Assembly: GCA_021734135.1 (NCBI GenBank)
Contig: JAIPJO010000001.1
Coordinates: 1-58,766 of the forward strand
From: Patescibacteria group bacterium
Lineage (GTDB): Bacteria > Patescibacteriota > Patescibacteriia > Patescibacteriales > UBA12465
DNA: 58,766 nt
Reading direction: 5' to 3'
Under the pieces are notes generated by a model, which saw only the letters and a list, made by a program, of their open reading frames with translations, was not told where the DNA came from and searched no databases. A program made the translations under genes and the position numbers. Shown here in pieces: positions 1-9,370 of the stretch. Each line of letters opens with the position of its first letter. Within the stretch, counting starts at the first letter, position 1.

Positions 1-908
1 TTGCAAATAGTAAAGATTATCAAAGACAAGCTTCTTCATTTTTAGATTTTGATTCTAAAAATCCTGCTACAGTAAAATATAATAGTGAGTGGAATGATAA
101 GTTGAGCTTTAAAGATTTAATTGAATTATCATCTAATTTTACCGTTCAGCAAATGTTGCAAAGGGATATGTTTCAAAAAAGACAAGAAGAGGAAAAGCCA
201 ATCTATCTTCATGAATTTCTATATCCATTAACTCAAGCATATGATAGTGTAGCTATGGATGTAGACTTAGAAATTGGTGGGAATGATCAGATGTTTAATA
301 TGATGTGTGGTAGAGATTTACTTAAAACTTTAAAAAATAAAGAAAAGTTTGTTCTAACAATGAAGCTTTTAGCTGATGAAAGCGGCAAGAAGATGGGTAA
401 AAGTGAAGGTAATGTTGTTTTTTTAGATGAAGAAGCTAGCGAAATATATGGAAAAGTAATGTCTTGGCCTGATGAGGTGATGTCAGTAGCTTTTGAGCTT
501 TGTACACAAATTACTTGGCAAGAAGTGCAAGAAATTCAAAAACAACTAAAAACCAAGGATGTTAATTTTAGGGATATGAAGATGAAACTAGCTAAAGAAA
601 TCACAGCTAGCATAAAGGGTGATAAAGAAGCGCAAGAAGCTGAAAAGCATTTTATTAAAACTATTCAAAAAAAGGAAGTACCTGATAATATAGAAGAAAT
701 CTCTTTAAAAAAAGATAATTTAAATATTTTAGAGCTTTTAGTTGTAACAAAATTAACAAATAGCAAAGGAGAAGCTAGAAGATTAATTAATCAAAATGGA
801 TTAAAGATTGATGGTGATATTGTTAGTAGTACAGATTTAGAGATAAATCTAGAAAAACCTAAATTAATACAAAAAGGTAAAAGACATTTTCTGAAAGTAA
901 AAAAATAA
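1..908 (+). CDS. tyrS: Tyrosyl-tRNA synthetase, C-terminal part (5' end outside the window)
   Basis: Frame is open from nt 3 to TAA at 906-908. Motifs: FLYPLTQAYDS, class I KMSKS-type loop KKMGKS, C-terminal S4-like RNA-binding domain (GEARRLINQNGLKIDGD). Confidence 0.85.
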   Translation, partial: ANSKDYQRQASSFLDFDSKNPATVKYNSEWNDKLSFKDLIELSSNFTVQQMLQRDMFQKRQEEEKPIYLHEFLYPLTQAYDSVAMDVDLEIGGNDQMFNMMCGRDLLKTLKNKEKFVLTMKLLADESGKKMGKSEGNVVFLDEEASEIYGKVMSWPDEVMSVAFELCTQITWQEVQEIQKQLKTKDVNFRDMKMKLAKEITASIKGDKEAQEAEKHFIKTIQKKEVPDNIEEISLKKDNLNILELLVVTKLTNSKGEARRLINQNGLKIDGDIVSSTDLEINLEKPKLIQKGKRHFLKVKK

Positions 909-909
909 T

Positions 910-2649
910 ATGAATATTTTAGAAAAGCTAAAACAAAATATAGTTATTGAGGTAAATGAAATATTTAGTGATAATAAAATTAGTATTACTGATATTGTTT
1001 TTCCACCTAAAAGTGAACAAGGAGATTTATGTTTTCCAACTTTTGTATTAGCTAAAAAAACTAAAAAAAACCCTGTTAAAATAGCAGATAGTTTAGAAAA
1101 TAAACTAGAAAAGATTGAAGGAGTTAAGGAAATAAAAGCACAAGGTCCTTATTTAAACTTTATTTTAGATAAAGATTACATAGTAACTGAAACATTAAGT
1201 GCTATTTTTAAAGAAAAAAACAAGTACGGAAAAAATCAAGACTTTAAAGGTAAAAGAATAATGATAGAGTTTGCTCATCCTAATCCCTTTAAAGCTTTTC
1301 ATATAGGTCATCTTAGAAATATTATTTTAGGTGAGTCACTAGTAAGAATATTTGAATTTAGCTCCGCGCAAGTAATACGTACTAATTACCAAGGTGATGT
1401 AGGTATGCATATAGCTAAATGTTTGTGGTCTTTTAGAAAAATAGATGAAGAAAATTACCCAGAAAATATTAATGAAAGAGTTTCTTTATTAGCTGATTGC
1501 TATAGTAGAGGTGCAAATGCTTTTGAAAATGATGCTGTAGCTAAAAATGAAATAGAAAATATTAATAAAGAAATATATGAACAAAAAGATAAGGAAATAA
1601 AAAAACTTTGGGACTTAGGTAAAAGATGGAGTTTAGATAAATTTGCACAAATATATAAAAGAGTAGATAGTCGCTTTGATCGTCAATATATGGAGTCAGA
1701 AGTAAAAGATGAGGCTATGCATTATATTGAAGAAGCTATACAAAAAGAAATATTAATTAGAAGTGAAGGAGCGGTAATATTTCCTGGAGATAAATACGGT
1801 TTAGAAACTAGAGTTTTTTTAAATTCTCAAGGACTGCCAACCTATGATGGTAAAGAGCTTGGCTTAGCATATAGAGAGTTTACTGATTTTGGAAAAATTG
1901 ATTTATGTATTCATAATGTAGCTGTGGAGCAGATTAGTTTTTTTAAAGTAAACTTTAAAGTACAAGAGCTTTTAGATCCACAAAGATTTAAAGATAAACA
2001 AAAACATAATGCTTATGAATTTGTTGGTCTAAAGAAAGGAAAAATGTCTTCACGTTTAGGGAAGGTGGTTTTAGCTGAGAAAGTTATTGATATAGCTAAG
2101 GATAAAATTAAAGAACTTATTCGCAATAGAGAGGCTAATGAGGATAATAATATTAGCATTACTAGTGAGATTGAAAAGATTTCAGAGAAATTGGCTATTA
2201 GTTCAATTAAATATGCTTTTTTAAAAATTAATCCTTTTAAATATTTTGCCTTTGACATAGAGGAAAGTATAAGTTTTTCAGGTAATTCAGGACCATATAT
2301 TAATTATACTTATGCTAGAATTAATAGTATGTTAAAAAAAGTAAAACTAGGGAGTTTAAGTAAAAATATATATAAATATTTAAATTTTGATGAAGAAAAA
2401 GATTTAATTGTGCATTTATCTAAATTTCCTCAAGTAATAACAGATTCAAGGATAGGATATAATCCCTCTGAATTGGTTAAATATTTATTTGAGCTTTCTA
2501 AAAAATTTAATGATTATTATCATAAAGTTCCAATTATTAAAGCAGGTGATAAAGAAAAAAAAGCTAGATTAAAATTAATACAGGCTATTAAGCAGGTTTT
2601 AGAAAATGGTACTTATCTTTTAGGATTCGAGTTAGTTGAAGATATGTAA
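910..2649 (+). CDS. argS: Arginyl-tRNA synthetase
   Basis: 579 aa. HIGH-type motif AHPNPFKAFHIGHLRN, ArgRS-type MSSR(L)G loop (KGKMSSRLGKVV), C-terminal anticodon-binding region. Start lies 2 nt after the tyrS stop. Confidence 0.9.
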   Translation: MNILEKLKQNIVIEVNEIFSDNKISITDIVFPPKSEQGDLCFPTFVLAKKTKKNPVKIADSLENKLEKIEGVKEIKAQGPYLNFILDKDYIVTETLSAIFKEKNKYGKNQDFKGKRIMIEFAHPNPFKAFHIGHLRNIILGESLVRIFEFSSAQVIRTNYQGDVGMHIAKCLWSFRKIDEENYPENINERVSLLADCYSRGANAFENDAVAKNEIENINKEIYEQKDKEIKKLWDLGKRWSLDKFAQIYKRVDSRFDRQYMESEVKDEAMHYIEEAIQKEILIRSEGAVIFPGDKYGLETRVFLNSQGLPTYDGKELGLAYREFTDFGKIDLCIHNVAVEQISFFKVNFKVQELLDPQRFKDKQKHNAYEFVGLKKGKMSSRLGKVVLAEKVIDIAKDKIKELIRNREANEDNNISITSEIEKISEKLAISSIKYAFLKINPFKYFAFDIEESISFSGNSGPYINYTYARINSMLKKVKLGSLSKNIYKYLNFDEEKDLIVHLSKFPQVITDSRIGYNPSELVKYLFELSKKFNDYYHKVPIIKAGDKEKKARLKLIQAIKQVLENGTYLLGFELVEDM

Positions 2650-2671
2650 ATATAGAGATTAATTAATATAT

Positions 2672-4060
2672 ATGACAAAAAATAACAAACAATTAGATAA
2701 AATTATAGCTTTAGCTAAAAGACGTGGTTTTGTTTATCCATCTTCAGAAATATATGGTGGTTTTGCTGCTATATATGATTTTGGACCATATGGATCTTTA
2801 TTAGCTAAAAACATAAAAGATTATTGGTGGAAAAAAATGACTCAAGAAAAAGAAAATATAGTTGGTCTTGATTCTGCTATATTTACTAGCCCTAAAGTTT
2901 GGGAGGCTAGTGGTCATGTTTCTGGTTTCAGTGATCCTTTAATGGAATGTAAAAATTGTAATGCTCGTTTAAGAGCTGATACTTTACTTGAAGAGGTGGG
3001 AGTTTTTGCTGATGAAAAAATGAGTGAAAAAGAAATTATAGAAATATTTTTAAATAATAAAGATAAACACAAATGTCCTAATTGTGGCAAAAAGGATTTT
3101 AGTGAACCTAAAAGTTTTAATCTATTAGTTAAGTCTAATCTTGGTAATTTTACTGGTGATTTTGAAAAAGACCCTGCCTATTTAAGAGGAGAAACTGCTC
3201 AAGGAATCTACATAAATTACAAAAATGTTATGGACACTAGTAGGGTTAAAATTCCATTTGGTATTGCTCAAATCGGAAAAGCTTTTAGGAATGAAATTAC
3301 AGCTCGTCAATTTATATTTAGAACTAGAGAATTTGAACAAATGGAAATGCAATATTTTATTCATCCAGACATGACCAAAGATGAGTATGAAAAATTAAAG
3401 AAAGAAAGATGGCAATTTTATCTTGATCTAGGAATTAAAGAAGATAATTTAAAGTGGAAGAAGCATGAAAAGTTAGCTTTTTATGCTAAAGAAGCTTATG
3501 ACATAGAATATAATTATCCTTTTGGTTTTAAGGAATTAGAAGGTATCCATGCTAGAGGTGATTATGATTTATCTCAACATAGTAAACATAGCGGACAAAG
3601 TTTAGAATACTTAGATCCTGAAACTAAAGAAAAATATATTCCTCATGTTATTGAAGCTTCTGGAGGTGTGGGTAGAGCTTTCTTAGCTATAATTTGCGAT
3701 GCTTATTGTGAAGAAGAATTAGAGAATGATACTAGAACAGTATTAAAAATAGATAAAAAAATAGCTCCTATTAAAGTAGCAATATTCCCACTTCTTAAAA
3801 ATAAAGAAAAGCTTTTTAATAAAGCTAAAGAGATATATAATAATTTAAAAAATCAATATTATTGTGAATTTGATAGCAGTGGTAATATTGGTAAGCGTTA
3901 CCGTAGGCAAGATGAAATTGGAACACCATATTGTGTAACAGTGGATTTTGATAGTTTAGAAAATGATGATGTTACTATTAGAGATAGAGATACTATGAAG
4001 CAACATAGAGTAAAGATAGAAGATCTAGAGACATTTTTAAAGGATAATCTTAATGTTTAA
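2672..4060 (+). CDS. glyQS: Glycyl-tRNA synthetase (dimeric class II type)
   Basis: 462 aa. N-terminus RRGFVYPSSEIYGG...YDFGPYG is typical of alpha2 GlyRS. Class II motif 2 (FRNEITARQFIFRTREFEQMEMQYF). C-terminal anticodon-binding domain. Confidence 0.9.
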   Translation: MTKNNKQLDKIIALAKRRGFVYPSSEIYGGFAAIYDFGPYGSLLAKNIKDYWWKKMTQEKENIVGLDSAIFTSPKVWEASGHVSGFSDPLMECKNCNARLRADTLLEEVGVFADEKMSEKEIIEIFLNNKDKHKCPNCGKKDFSEPKSFNLLVKSNLGNFTGDFEKDPAYLRGETAQGIYINYKNVMDTSRVKIPFGIAQIGKAFRNEITARQFIFRTREFEQMEMQYFIHPDMTKDEYEKLKKERWQFYLDLGIKEDNLKWKKHEKLAFYAKEAYDIEYNYPFGFKELEGIHARGDYDLSQHSKHSGQSLEYLDPETKEKYIPHVIEASGGVGRAFLAIICDAYCEEELENDTRTVLKIDKKIAPIKVAIFPLLKNKEKLFNKAKEIYNNLKNQYYCEFDSSGNIGKRYRRQDEIGTPYCVTVDFDSLENDDVTIRDRDTMKQHRVKIEDLETFLKDNLNV

Positions 4061-4090
4061 GTAAAGTAATAAAAGAAATATAATAAAAAA

Positions 4091-4120
4091 CAGAGTAATT
4101 TTAATTAGCTCTGTTTTTTT
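4091..4120 (+). terminator. Intrinsic terminator after glyQS
   Basis: Hairpin cagagtaatt/aattagctctg followed by a T7 run. Confidence 0.6.
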
Positions 4121-4227
4121 ATAAATATAAGTTTAATATTAAAATCTGTGTTTTAATGGTTAAAAACAATTGTTAATTTAGTAATTAAATTTAAAATAAA
4201 TTCATTCTTTTTTATTATACTTAAATA

Positions 4228-5037
4228 ATGAAGAAAGAAAAAAAATATCAAATTATTGTTTTAATTATATTTTTCCTTGTTTTAATTATATTTTTTAACA
4301 TTAATAAGTCTGAGAAAGTTGTTTTTATGGCAGTTGGACAAGGGGATGCTAGCTTAATATATACTAAAGATAGAACAATATTAATTGATGGTGGTCCTGA
4401 TTGGACTGTACTTTTAGAATTGGCTAAAGTTTTAAAATATAAAATGAAGATTAATGATATTGTTATTACTCACCCACATAGTGATCATTATTTTGGCTTA
4501 GCAGAGATACTTGATAGGTATGAAGTCGATAATATATATTATTATGGAGATAATATTGGTAGTGATAGTTATAATATTTTTATTAATAGTATTAAAGAAA
4601 GTAATATTAGACTAATTAATGTAGAAAGAGGTGATAAAATAAGTCTTAGAGATAATTGTTATTTATATTTTTTATGGCCAATAAAAGGAAAGGACAAAGA
4701 TTTTGATGCAAATGAGCTTTCAATTGTTAATTATTTTACTTGTGGAAAACAAAGAATACTTTTTACTGGCGATATTTCTGGGGCTGTGGAAAAACGGTTG
4801 ATAAGTATGGATAAAAACTTAGAATTTGAAGTTTTAAAATCTGCACATCATGGTTCAAATAAGAGTAATTCTTGGGATTTTTTAAGTTTTTTTAGTCCTA
4901 AAGAAATAGTAATAAGTGCTGGAAAAGACAATAAACATGGGCTTCCTAGCCCTGAAGCGATAAATAGAGCTAAGGCTCTTAGAATTGAAGTTCAAAGTTT
5001 AGTTGAAGGAAAATCTTATGAAGTTTTAATAAATTAA
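4228..5037 (+). CDS. Membrane-anchored metallo-beta-lactamase-fold protein (like the ComEC C-terminal domain)
   Basis: 269 aa. N-terminal TM helix, GQGDA, HPHSDH metal-binding motif, later SAHHGS. This layout matches the lactamase domain of ComEC/Rec2. Confidence 0.6.
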   Translation: MKKEKKYQIIVLIIFFLVLIIFFNINKSEKVVFMAVGQGDASLIYTKDRTILIDGGPDWTVLLELAKVLKYKMKINDIVITHPHSDHYFGLAEILDRYEVDNIYYYGDNIGSDSYNIFINSIKESNIRLINVERGDKISLRDNCYLYFLWPIKGKDKDFDANELSIVNYFTCGKQRILFTGDISGAVEKRLISMDKNLEFEVLKSAHHGSNKSNSWDFLSFFSPKEIVISAGKDNKHGLPSPEAINRAKALRIEVQSLVEGKSYEVLIN

Positions 5038-5047
5038 GCTCTAACTG

Positions 5048-5076
5048 TTGACAAGTCTGTTTTTCTTTGCTATACT
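5048..5076 (+). promoter_or_regulatory. Sigma70-type promoter for the downstream small RNA
   Basis: TTGACA (5048-5053), 17-nt spacer ending in TGc, TATACT (5071-5076). Confidence 0.55.
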
Positions 5077-5083
5077 TTCTAGA

Positions 5084-5233
5084 GTTAGAAAATTGAAAAT
5101 TTATAAGACCACTTGAAGCGGGTATGGCACACGACAAGCATGGGGAGGTCATCATCTTTGGTTTCTTAGGCTCAGGCTTAAGGACACCGAGAGTTGATTT
5201 TCTTGCCTTGCCCGCTTCAGGTGGTCTTTTTTT
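5084..5233 (+). ncRNA. Unclassified structured small RNA (GC-rich rod; possible SRP-RNA-like element)
   Basis: Has its own consensus promoter. The core at 5106-5227 is about half G+C in a very AT-rich context. A 17-bp closing stem (agaccacttgaagcggg / cccgcttcaggtggtct) extends by about 7 more pairs and is followed by a T7 run. No ORF. No downstream gene on this strand. Confidence 0.55.
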
Positions 5234-5278
5234 ATAGTTATATTATATATAACTATTTTTTATATTTAAGTCTTTAAT

Positions 5279-7162
5279 TTATTCACTACTTTCACTTTCT
5301 GGTTCAGTATTTTCTTCATTATTTTCATCAGTAATTACTTCTTCTGTAGAGGTAGCAGTTTTTTCCTCTTCTTTTCCTATTAGACAAACTTCTTGCCAAG
5401 GCATATAACGAGAATAAAATCTTCTTTCTTTGTTTTCTTTTTGATTATCATTACCTTCTGGGTATACAACAGTATAGTCAAAATAAGCATCGGCTCCATT
5501 GTGAGCACTTTCAGTACATTTTACCTTACCAGGTTCTAAATCTTCAGTTTCAACGTATTTAGTAGGTGGAGGTGATTTGATATTGTATATTACAGGGTAA
5601 GTAGTGCTAGCCTGTCTGCCATCATCAGTGCCCCAAAAATCAAAATACAAATCACTTCCTTCAATACGATATTGAATCATTATATGATTAGGGGTGTCAT
5701 TTAAAAATCTAAAATCAGGTTTAGGATCATAGATGGTTGCATCAGTACCAGCTGGTTCATAATAAGAAACTCTATAAGAATGGTTTCTTCTTTCAGTTAT
5801 TTCCAGTCCTGCATCTAAGGCTGTTCTAAAAACCGTTGTTCCAATCTGACAAAGACCACCACCGTATTCTGGTACAGTTTCATTTCCTTTAATAACTAGC
5901 TCAGGTAAGTAGTTATTTTCAGCATCTATATCTCCTAAAGACTGAACTAAAGAAAATTCTTGCCCAGGTTTAATAAGGAGGCCGTTTAAACTTTCTGCTC
6001 CCACTCTAATGTTATGTCTTCTGTTTGCAGGTGATCCTGCGTAGTTAGAATGGCCAGTACCAATAATTTCTTTGATACCTAGATTTAAATTATCTGAAGT
6101 GTCATAGTTAATACTTGAAACAACTAAATCAATTTTAGAGCTTTTATCTTTTATATTTTCTTTGATGATCTCTGTGGTTTTATCTATTTCTAAATTTAAC
6201 CCTTTTTCAGCTAATTGAAATTCTTGTACTTTTCCATTATCAATAACAAAATCTGCTTTTACAGGCTCCTTATCTATATTAGGAGCGATTTCTTTTGCTA
6301 AAAACTCTTTAATTTTATCTTTATTTATATCTATAATTATTTTTTTATTATTTTCTTTTTTTAAATTTAGCCATTTAGCAAAATCTTCTTTACTTGCTAG
6401 CCATTCTCGATTTTCATGGTATAAACTAATAGGACTTAGTTTTAGTAATTCATTAACTTCATTAATTTTGTTTTCTACATCCTCTTTGTATATTTGAGGA
6501 TAATCAGTTTGATCTTTAAGTTGAATAGAAATGTCTTGAGCTAAAGATAAGCCATTTTTTAAAGCAGAGATAGCTTTTTCATAATTTATGACCTTACCTA
6601 TTTTTTCTTTTTCTATATAAATATTGTTTTCTTTTTCATCTTCATCTTTATTAATTTCAATAATTAATTTTGCATCTTGAGCAGGATATTCAAGTTCTTG
6701 ATATTTACTTTTTAATAATTCTTTTATTTTTACTTCTTCTAGGTTATATATTAAATTAATTTCTTTACCATTAATTAAAGTGTTAAATCTTTTAACAATA
6801 TTTCTCAAAAAAGATTTATCTTTAGCAAAGTTGATTGCGTTTTCTGCAGTCTTTTTAGTATTAAAGGAGATTATAGGGTAGGCTAAATCTGGTTCAAATG
6901 ATGATATTGTAGGAGTGAAAGTAGTTTTTTTATCTTGGTAATAGAATGTTACACCTTCATTATTATATTTTTCTATTTCTTTATTTATTAAATTTTCAAT
7001 TTCTTGTTGTTCTCTACCAGAGAGGTTGTAGTTAGCAAAACTTAAGCCAGCAATAGCTTTATTTTTATAAAATTCATTATATGAAAAATAAGCAAACACA
7101 AGGCTTGCTATTATAACTATGAATATAATAAATTTAATTTTATGTTTAAGAAATAAATTCAT
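5279..7162 (-). CDS. VanW-domain protein with N-terminal membrane anchor
   Basis: 627 aa. TM helix at the N-terminus. VanW-like core (GGGLCQIGTTVFRTALDAGLEITERRNHSYRVSYY). Acidic C-terminal tail. Confidence 0.8.
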   Translation of the reverse strand: MNLFLKHKIKFIIFIVIIASLVFAYFSYNEFYKNKAIAGLSFANYNLSGREQQEIENLINKEIEKYNNEGVTFYYQDKKTTFTPTISSFEPDLAYPIISFNTKKTAENAINFAKDKSFLRNIVKRFNTLINGKEINLIYNLEEVKIKELLKSKYQELEYPAQDAKLIIEINKDEDEKENNIYIEKEKIGKVINYEKAISALKNGLSLAQDISIQLKDQTDYPQIYKEDVENKINEVNELLKLSPISLYHENREWLASKEDFAKWLNLKKENNKKIIIDINKDKIKEFLAKEIAPNIDKEPVKADFVIDNGKVQEFQLAEKGLNLEIDKTTEIIKENIKDKSSKIDLVVSSINYDTSDNLNLGIKEIIGTGHSNYAGSPANRRHNIRVGAESLNGLLIKPGQEFSLVQSLGDIDAENNYLPELVIKGNETVPEYGGGLCQIGTTVFRTALDAGLEITERRNHSYRVSYYEPAGTDATIYDPKPDFRFLNDTPNHIMIQYRIEGSDLYFDFWGTDDGRQASTTYPVIYNIKSPPPTKYVETEDLEPGKVKCTESAHNGADAYFDYTVVYPEGNDNQKENKERRFYSRYMPWQEVCLIGKEEEKTATSTEEVITDENNEENTEPESESSE

Positions 7163-7375
7163 TTATTTATTTTCACTAGTATTTAAGATTTCATTCAAAA
7201 TTTCTTTACTTAGATTTTTTTGATCTTCTTCTTTAAATATTTTTATATTTATCTCATCATCAATTTTTATATTTTCTGATAAGTTTTCTTTCTTGACTTT
7301 TAATTCTTCATTATCATTATTTTGTAAATGAATAAAATCATTTTCAATACTTTTAACTTTAAATTTAATTAACAT
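7163..7375 (-). CDS. Hypothetical small acidic protein
   Basis: 70-aa ORF packed exactly between hsp20 and the VanW gene; its stop abuts the VanW start. No recognisable motif. Confidence 0.4.
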   Translation of the reverse strand: MLIKFKVKSIENDFIHLQNNDNEELKVKKENLSENIKIDDEINIKIFKEEDQKNLSKEILNEILNTSENK

Positions 7376-7378
7376 ATA

Positions 7379-7780
7379 TTATTTTACTTTTACCTCTATT
7401 TTATCACTCCTTTTTAATTTAATTAATGTTATCGTTAAAACCCCATCTTCTAAGACAGCGTCAATTTTATCTTCATTTATTTCTGTAGGAAGAATTATTG
7501 TTCTAGAAAAAGGTCCCCAATAACATTCTTTGTAAATATTGTTATCATTATTTAATTCTTCGGGTAAATTTAAGTCACGACGTCCCTTAATGGTTAACAT
7601 ATCATTATGAAGTGAGATATTTAAATTTTCAGGTTTAGCACCAGCCATTGTTGATTTAATATAGATTTTTTTGTCTGTTTCATAAACATCTATAGACAAC
7701 TGTCCTTCACTGTAATCTTCATCTAACCACTTTTCATTATTTAAAGTATTTTGTTCTTGTTTTAGTTTACTTGAGTTCAT
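7379..7780 (-). CDS. Hsp20/alpha-crystallin family small heat-shock protein
   Basis: 133 aa. Alpha-crystallin domain signature (...FSRTIILPTEI...DGVLTITL). Confidence 0.85.
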   Translation of the reverse strand: MNSSKLKQEQNTLNNEKWLDEDYSEGQLSIDVYETDKKIYIKSTMAGAKPENLNISLHNDMLTIKGRRDLNLPEELNNDNNIYKECYWGPFSRTIILPTEINEDKIDAVLEDGVLTITLIKLKRSDKIEVKVK

Positions 7781-7822
7781 ATTATGATATAGATAAATTA
7801 ATTAATATCTTTAAATGGTGTG

Positions 7823-7897
7823 TGGGTTTACCCTGACTTGAACAGGGGACCTCTACGATGTCAACGTAGCGCTCTAACCAAACTGAGCTATAAACCC
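7823..7897 (-). tRNA. tRNA-Val (anticodon GAC)
   Basis: Hand-folded cloverleaf: acceptor GGGUUUA/UAAACCC, D arm GCUC/GAGC, anticodon stem CUACG/CGUAG with loop UUGACAU, T arm CCCUG-UUCAAGU-CAGGG. CCA is not encoded. Confidence 0.9.
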
Positions 7898-7950
7898 CTT
7901 TTATTATAAAATAGCAATATTTAAGTAAAAAGTAAATAATAGAATATATT

Positions 7951-7980
7951 AAAAATAACCACTTGGAAGTGGTTATTTTA
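7951..7980 (-). terminator. Hairpin plus U-tract between the two tRNA genes
   Basis: Minus-strand sense is aaaataaccacttccaagtggttattttt, a 9-bp stem followed by a U run. Confidence 0.45.
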
Positions 7981-7985
7981 TCGTG

Positions 7986-8058
7986 TGCGCCTAGATGGAT
8001 TTGAACCATCGACCCCTGCTTTATAAGAGCAGTGCTCTAACCCCTGAGCTATAGGCGC
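7986..8058 (-). tRNA. tRNA-Ile (anticodon UAU)
   Basis: Hand-folded cloverleaf: acceptor GCGCCUA/UAGGCGC, D arm GCUC/GAGC, anticodon stem CUGCU/AGCAG with loop CUUAUAA (positions 34-36 = UAU), T arm GAUGG-UUCAAAU-CCAUC. CCA is not encoded. Confidence 0.85.
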
Positions 8059-8109
8059 AAATAATCTAAAAAAACTATTATTAGATAATAGCTGTTTATT
8101 AATTTAGCA

Positions 8110-9294
8110 TTATAAAGACATTTTCGCAAGTTTGTTTTTAACTGTTTCTAGTACTTTATTTTTAGCAATATCTAATTTTTCCCTAACAATCCCTTGTGCT
8201 AATTTTTGAGATCCTTGCACTTGATATTCTTTAACAATCTCTAAAGAATTTATATTTTTAATAGAGAAAATAAAAAATTTAGTATTATTTTCATTATCTT
8301 TTTGAGGGTAAAATATTATAATAATTTTTGCTTTGGGAATACTAGCAATTAGCTCTTCAACTACTGACAATAGATGCTTGGAGTCTGCGCCGGTATCTTT
8401 AAAATCTTGAATTGTTAAGCTAGAATAGATAAGCTCTTCTTTGTTTAAAGATTTTAAGTTATTTAATACTTTACCCCAAAGTTTTAATGATTCTAAGGAT
8501 CTAGAACGATATAAATTATTAATTATTTCCTCTCTTCTAGCTCCTAAGTTAATTAATTGGGAGGTGTTGAGTAAAGTTTTAGGTGTTAAATTTGGAGTTT
8601 TAAAACTTTTACTCTTATAAATAATTCCAGTTAGAAGACAAGTGGCAATATCTTCATCAATTAAATCTACAGATTGACCTTTAAAAATATTAAAAATTAT
8701 CTCTGAACTAGCTATTGCATTTAAATTGACTATATTAATCTGTCCAAACTCTTCATTGCTAGCGTGGTGATCTATGTTAATTATTGGAGTTTTATAGAAA
8801 AACTCTACATTATTATCATAAGTTTTTCCTAGAGATTCTAAGTCCATAGCATCAATGGTGATAATTAAATCATATTTAAAGCCACTAGTGTGAGTGCTGA
8901 TGTCATTATCAGTAAAAAAGCCCTCCTTAGGAGAAACAATAAAGTTTAATTTATTTTTTTCTAAAGTGTATTTAATTTGATCAACTTTAGCATTAGAAAT
9001 ATCTAGAGAAACAATAAATTTTCTAACATTATCTATAGTATCTTTTATATTTGAAAAGCCAGGCAGGAAATTAAATATTTTTTCAGAAGAAATTTGCTCT
9101 GAATTGTGAGATAAACCTGAATCAGCAACAATATTAACTTGTTTTCCCATTTTTTTAAGTAACCAAAATAAAGCTAGGGAGCTTGATATTGCGTCCCCAT
9201 TAAAATCTACTGAGAAAGAAATTAAAACATTTTTTGCTTTATTTATTTCCTTAAAAAATTGTTCTTCTTTACTTAACATAAATTTATTAATCAA
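8110..9294 (-). CDS. DHH-family phosphoesterase (NrnA-like)
   Basis: 394 aa. DHH motif in INIDHHASN and N-terminal motif region (FNGDAISS). Size and layout fit NrnA-type oligoribonuclease/pAp phosphatases. Confidence 0.75.
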   Translation of the reverse strand: MINKFMLSKEEQFFKEINKAKNVLISFSVDFNGDAISSSLALFWLLKKMGKQVNIVADSGLSHNSEQISSEKIFNFLPGFSNIKDTIDNVRKFIVSLDISNAKVDQIKYTLEKNKLNFIVSPKEGFFTDNDISTHTSGFKYDLIITIDAMDLESLGKTYDNNVEFFYKTPIINIDHHASNEEFGQINIVNLNAIASSEIIFNIFKGQSVDLIDEDIATCLLTGIIYKSKSFKTPNLTPKTLLNTSQLINLGARREEIINNLYRSRSLESLKLWGKVLNNLKSLNKEELIYSSLTIQDFKDTGADSKHLLSVVEELIASIPKAKIIIIFYPQKDNENNTKFFIFSIKNINSLEIVKEYQVQGSQKLAQGIVREKLDIAKNKVLETVKNKLAKMSL

Positions 9295-9307
9295 AATGAA
9301 TTCTTTT

Positions 9308-9336
9308 AATATAGCTCAGTTATTATGTGCTGTCAA
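9308..9336 (-). promoter_or_regulatory. Promoter of the DHH gene
   Basis: Minus strand reads TTGACA-N17-TATATT. Confidence 0.5.
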
Positions 9337-9370
9337 GGCAAAAAAATTAATTTTTATCCTATAAAAAGCC

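Noticed and set aside
2013-2258. Short antisense or out-of-frame ORFs inside well-supported genes (also 3182-3364, 10548-10742, 10949-11269, 11744-11962, 12438-12683, 13166-13372, 16335-16559, 17945-18196, 19701-20081, 27714-27911, 30077-30433, 30396-30578, 33179-33448, 35676-35903, 38214-38441, 39221-39412, 39748-39939, 41741-41974, 47858-48169, 48088-48321, 49084-49329, 52776-53069, 53721-53930, 55257-55514, 55268-55450, 57011-57214, 57099-57332)
   Set aside because: All are embedded in genes whose products have clear conserved motifs. Their sequences are low-complexity (Leu/Ile/Ser/Phe/Lys-rich), as expected from AT-rich antisense frames.
5106-5227. Firm annotation of the small RNA as SRP (4.5S) RNA
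   Set aside because: A CAGG ... loop ... GACAC arrangement loosely resembles domain IV. The conserved GNRA tetraloop and AGCA motif are not present as such, and the predicted hairpin is off-centre. I kept it as an unclassified ncRNA.
7782-8009. 75-aa minus-strand ORF
   Set aside because: It runs across tRNA-Val, the inter-tRNA terminator and part of tRNA-Ile, so it is an artefact.
8068-8091. Terminator after the DHH gene (ctattat-cta-ataatag plus T7 on the minus strand)
   Set aside because: The hairpin is plausible, but it ends only 9 nt before tRNA-Ile, which leaves no room for a tRNA promoter. It may be a processing or partial-termination element, so I did not list it as a feature.
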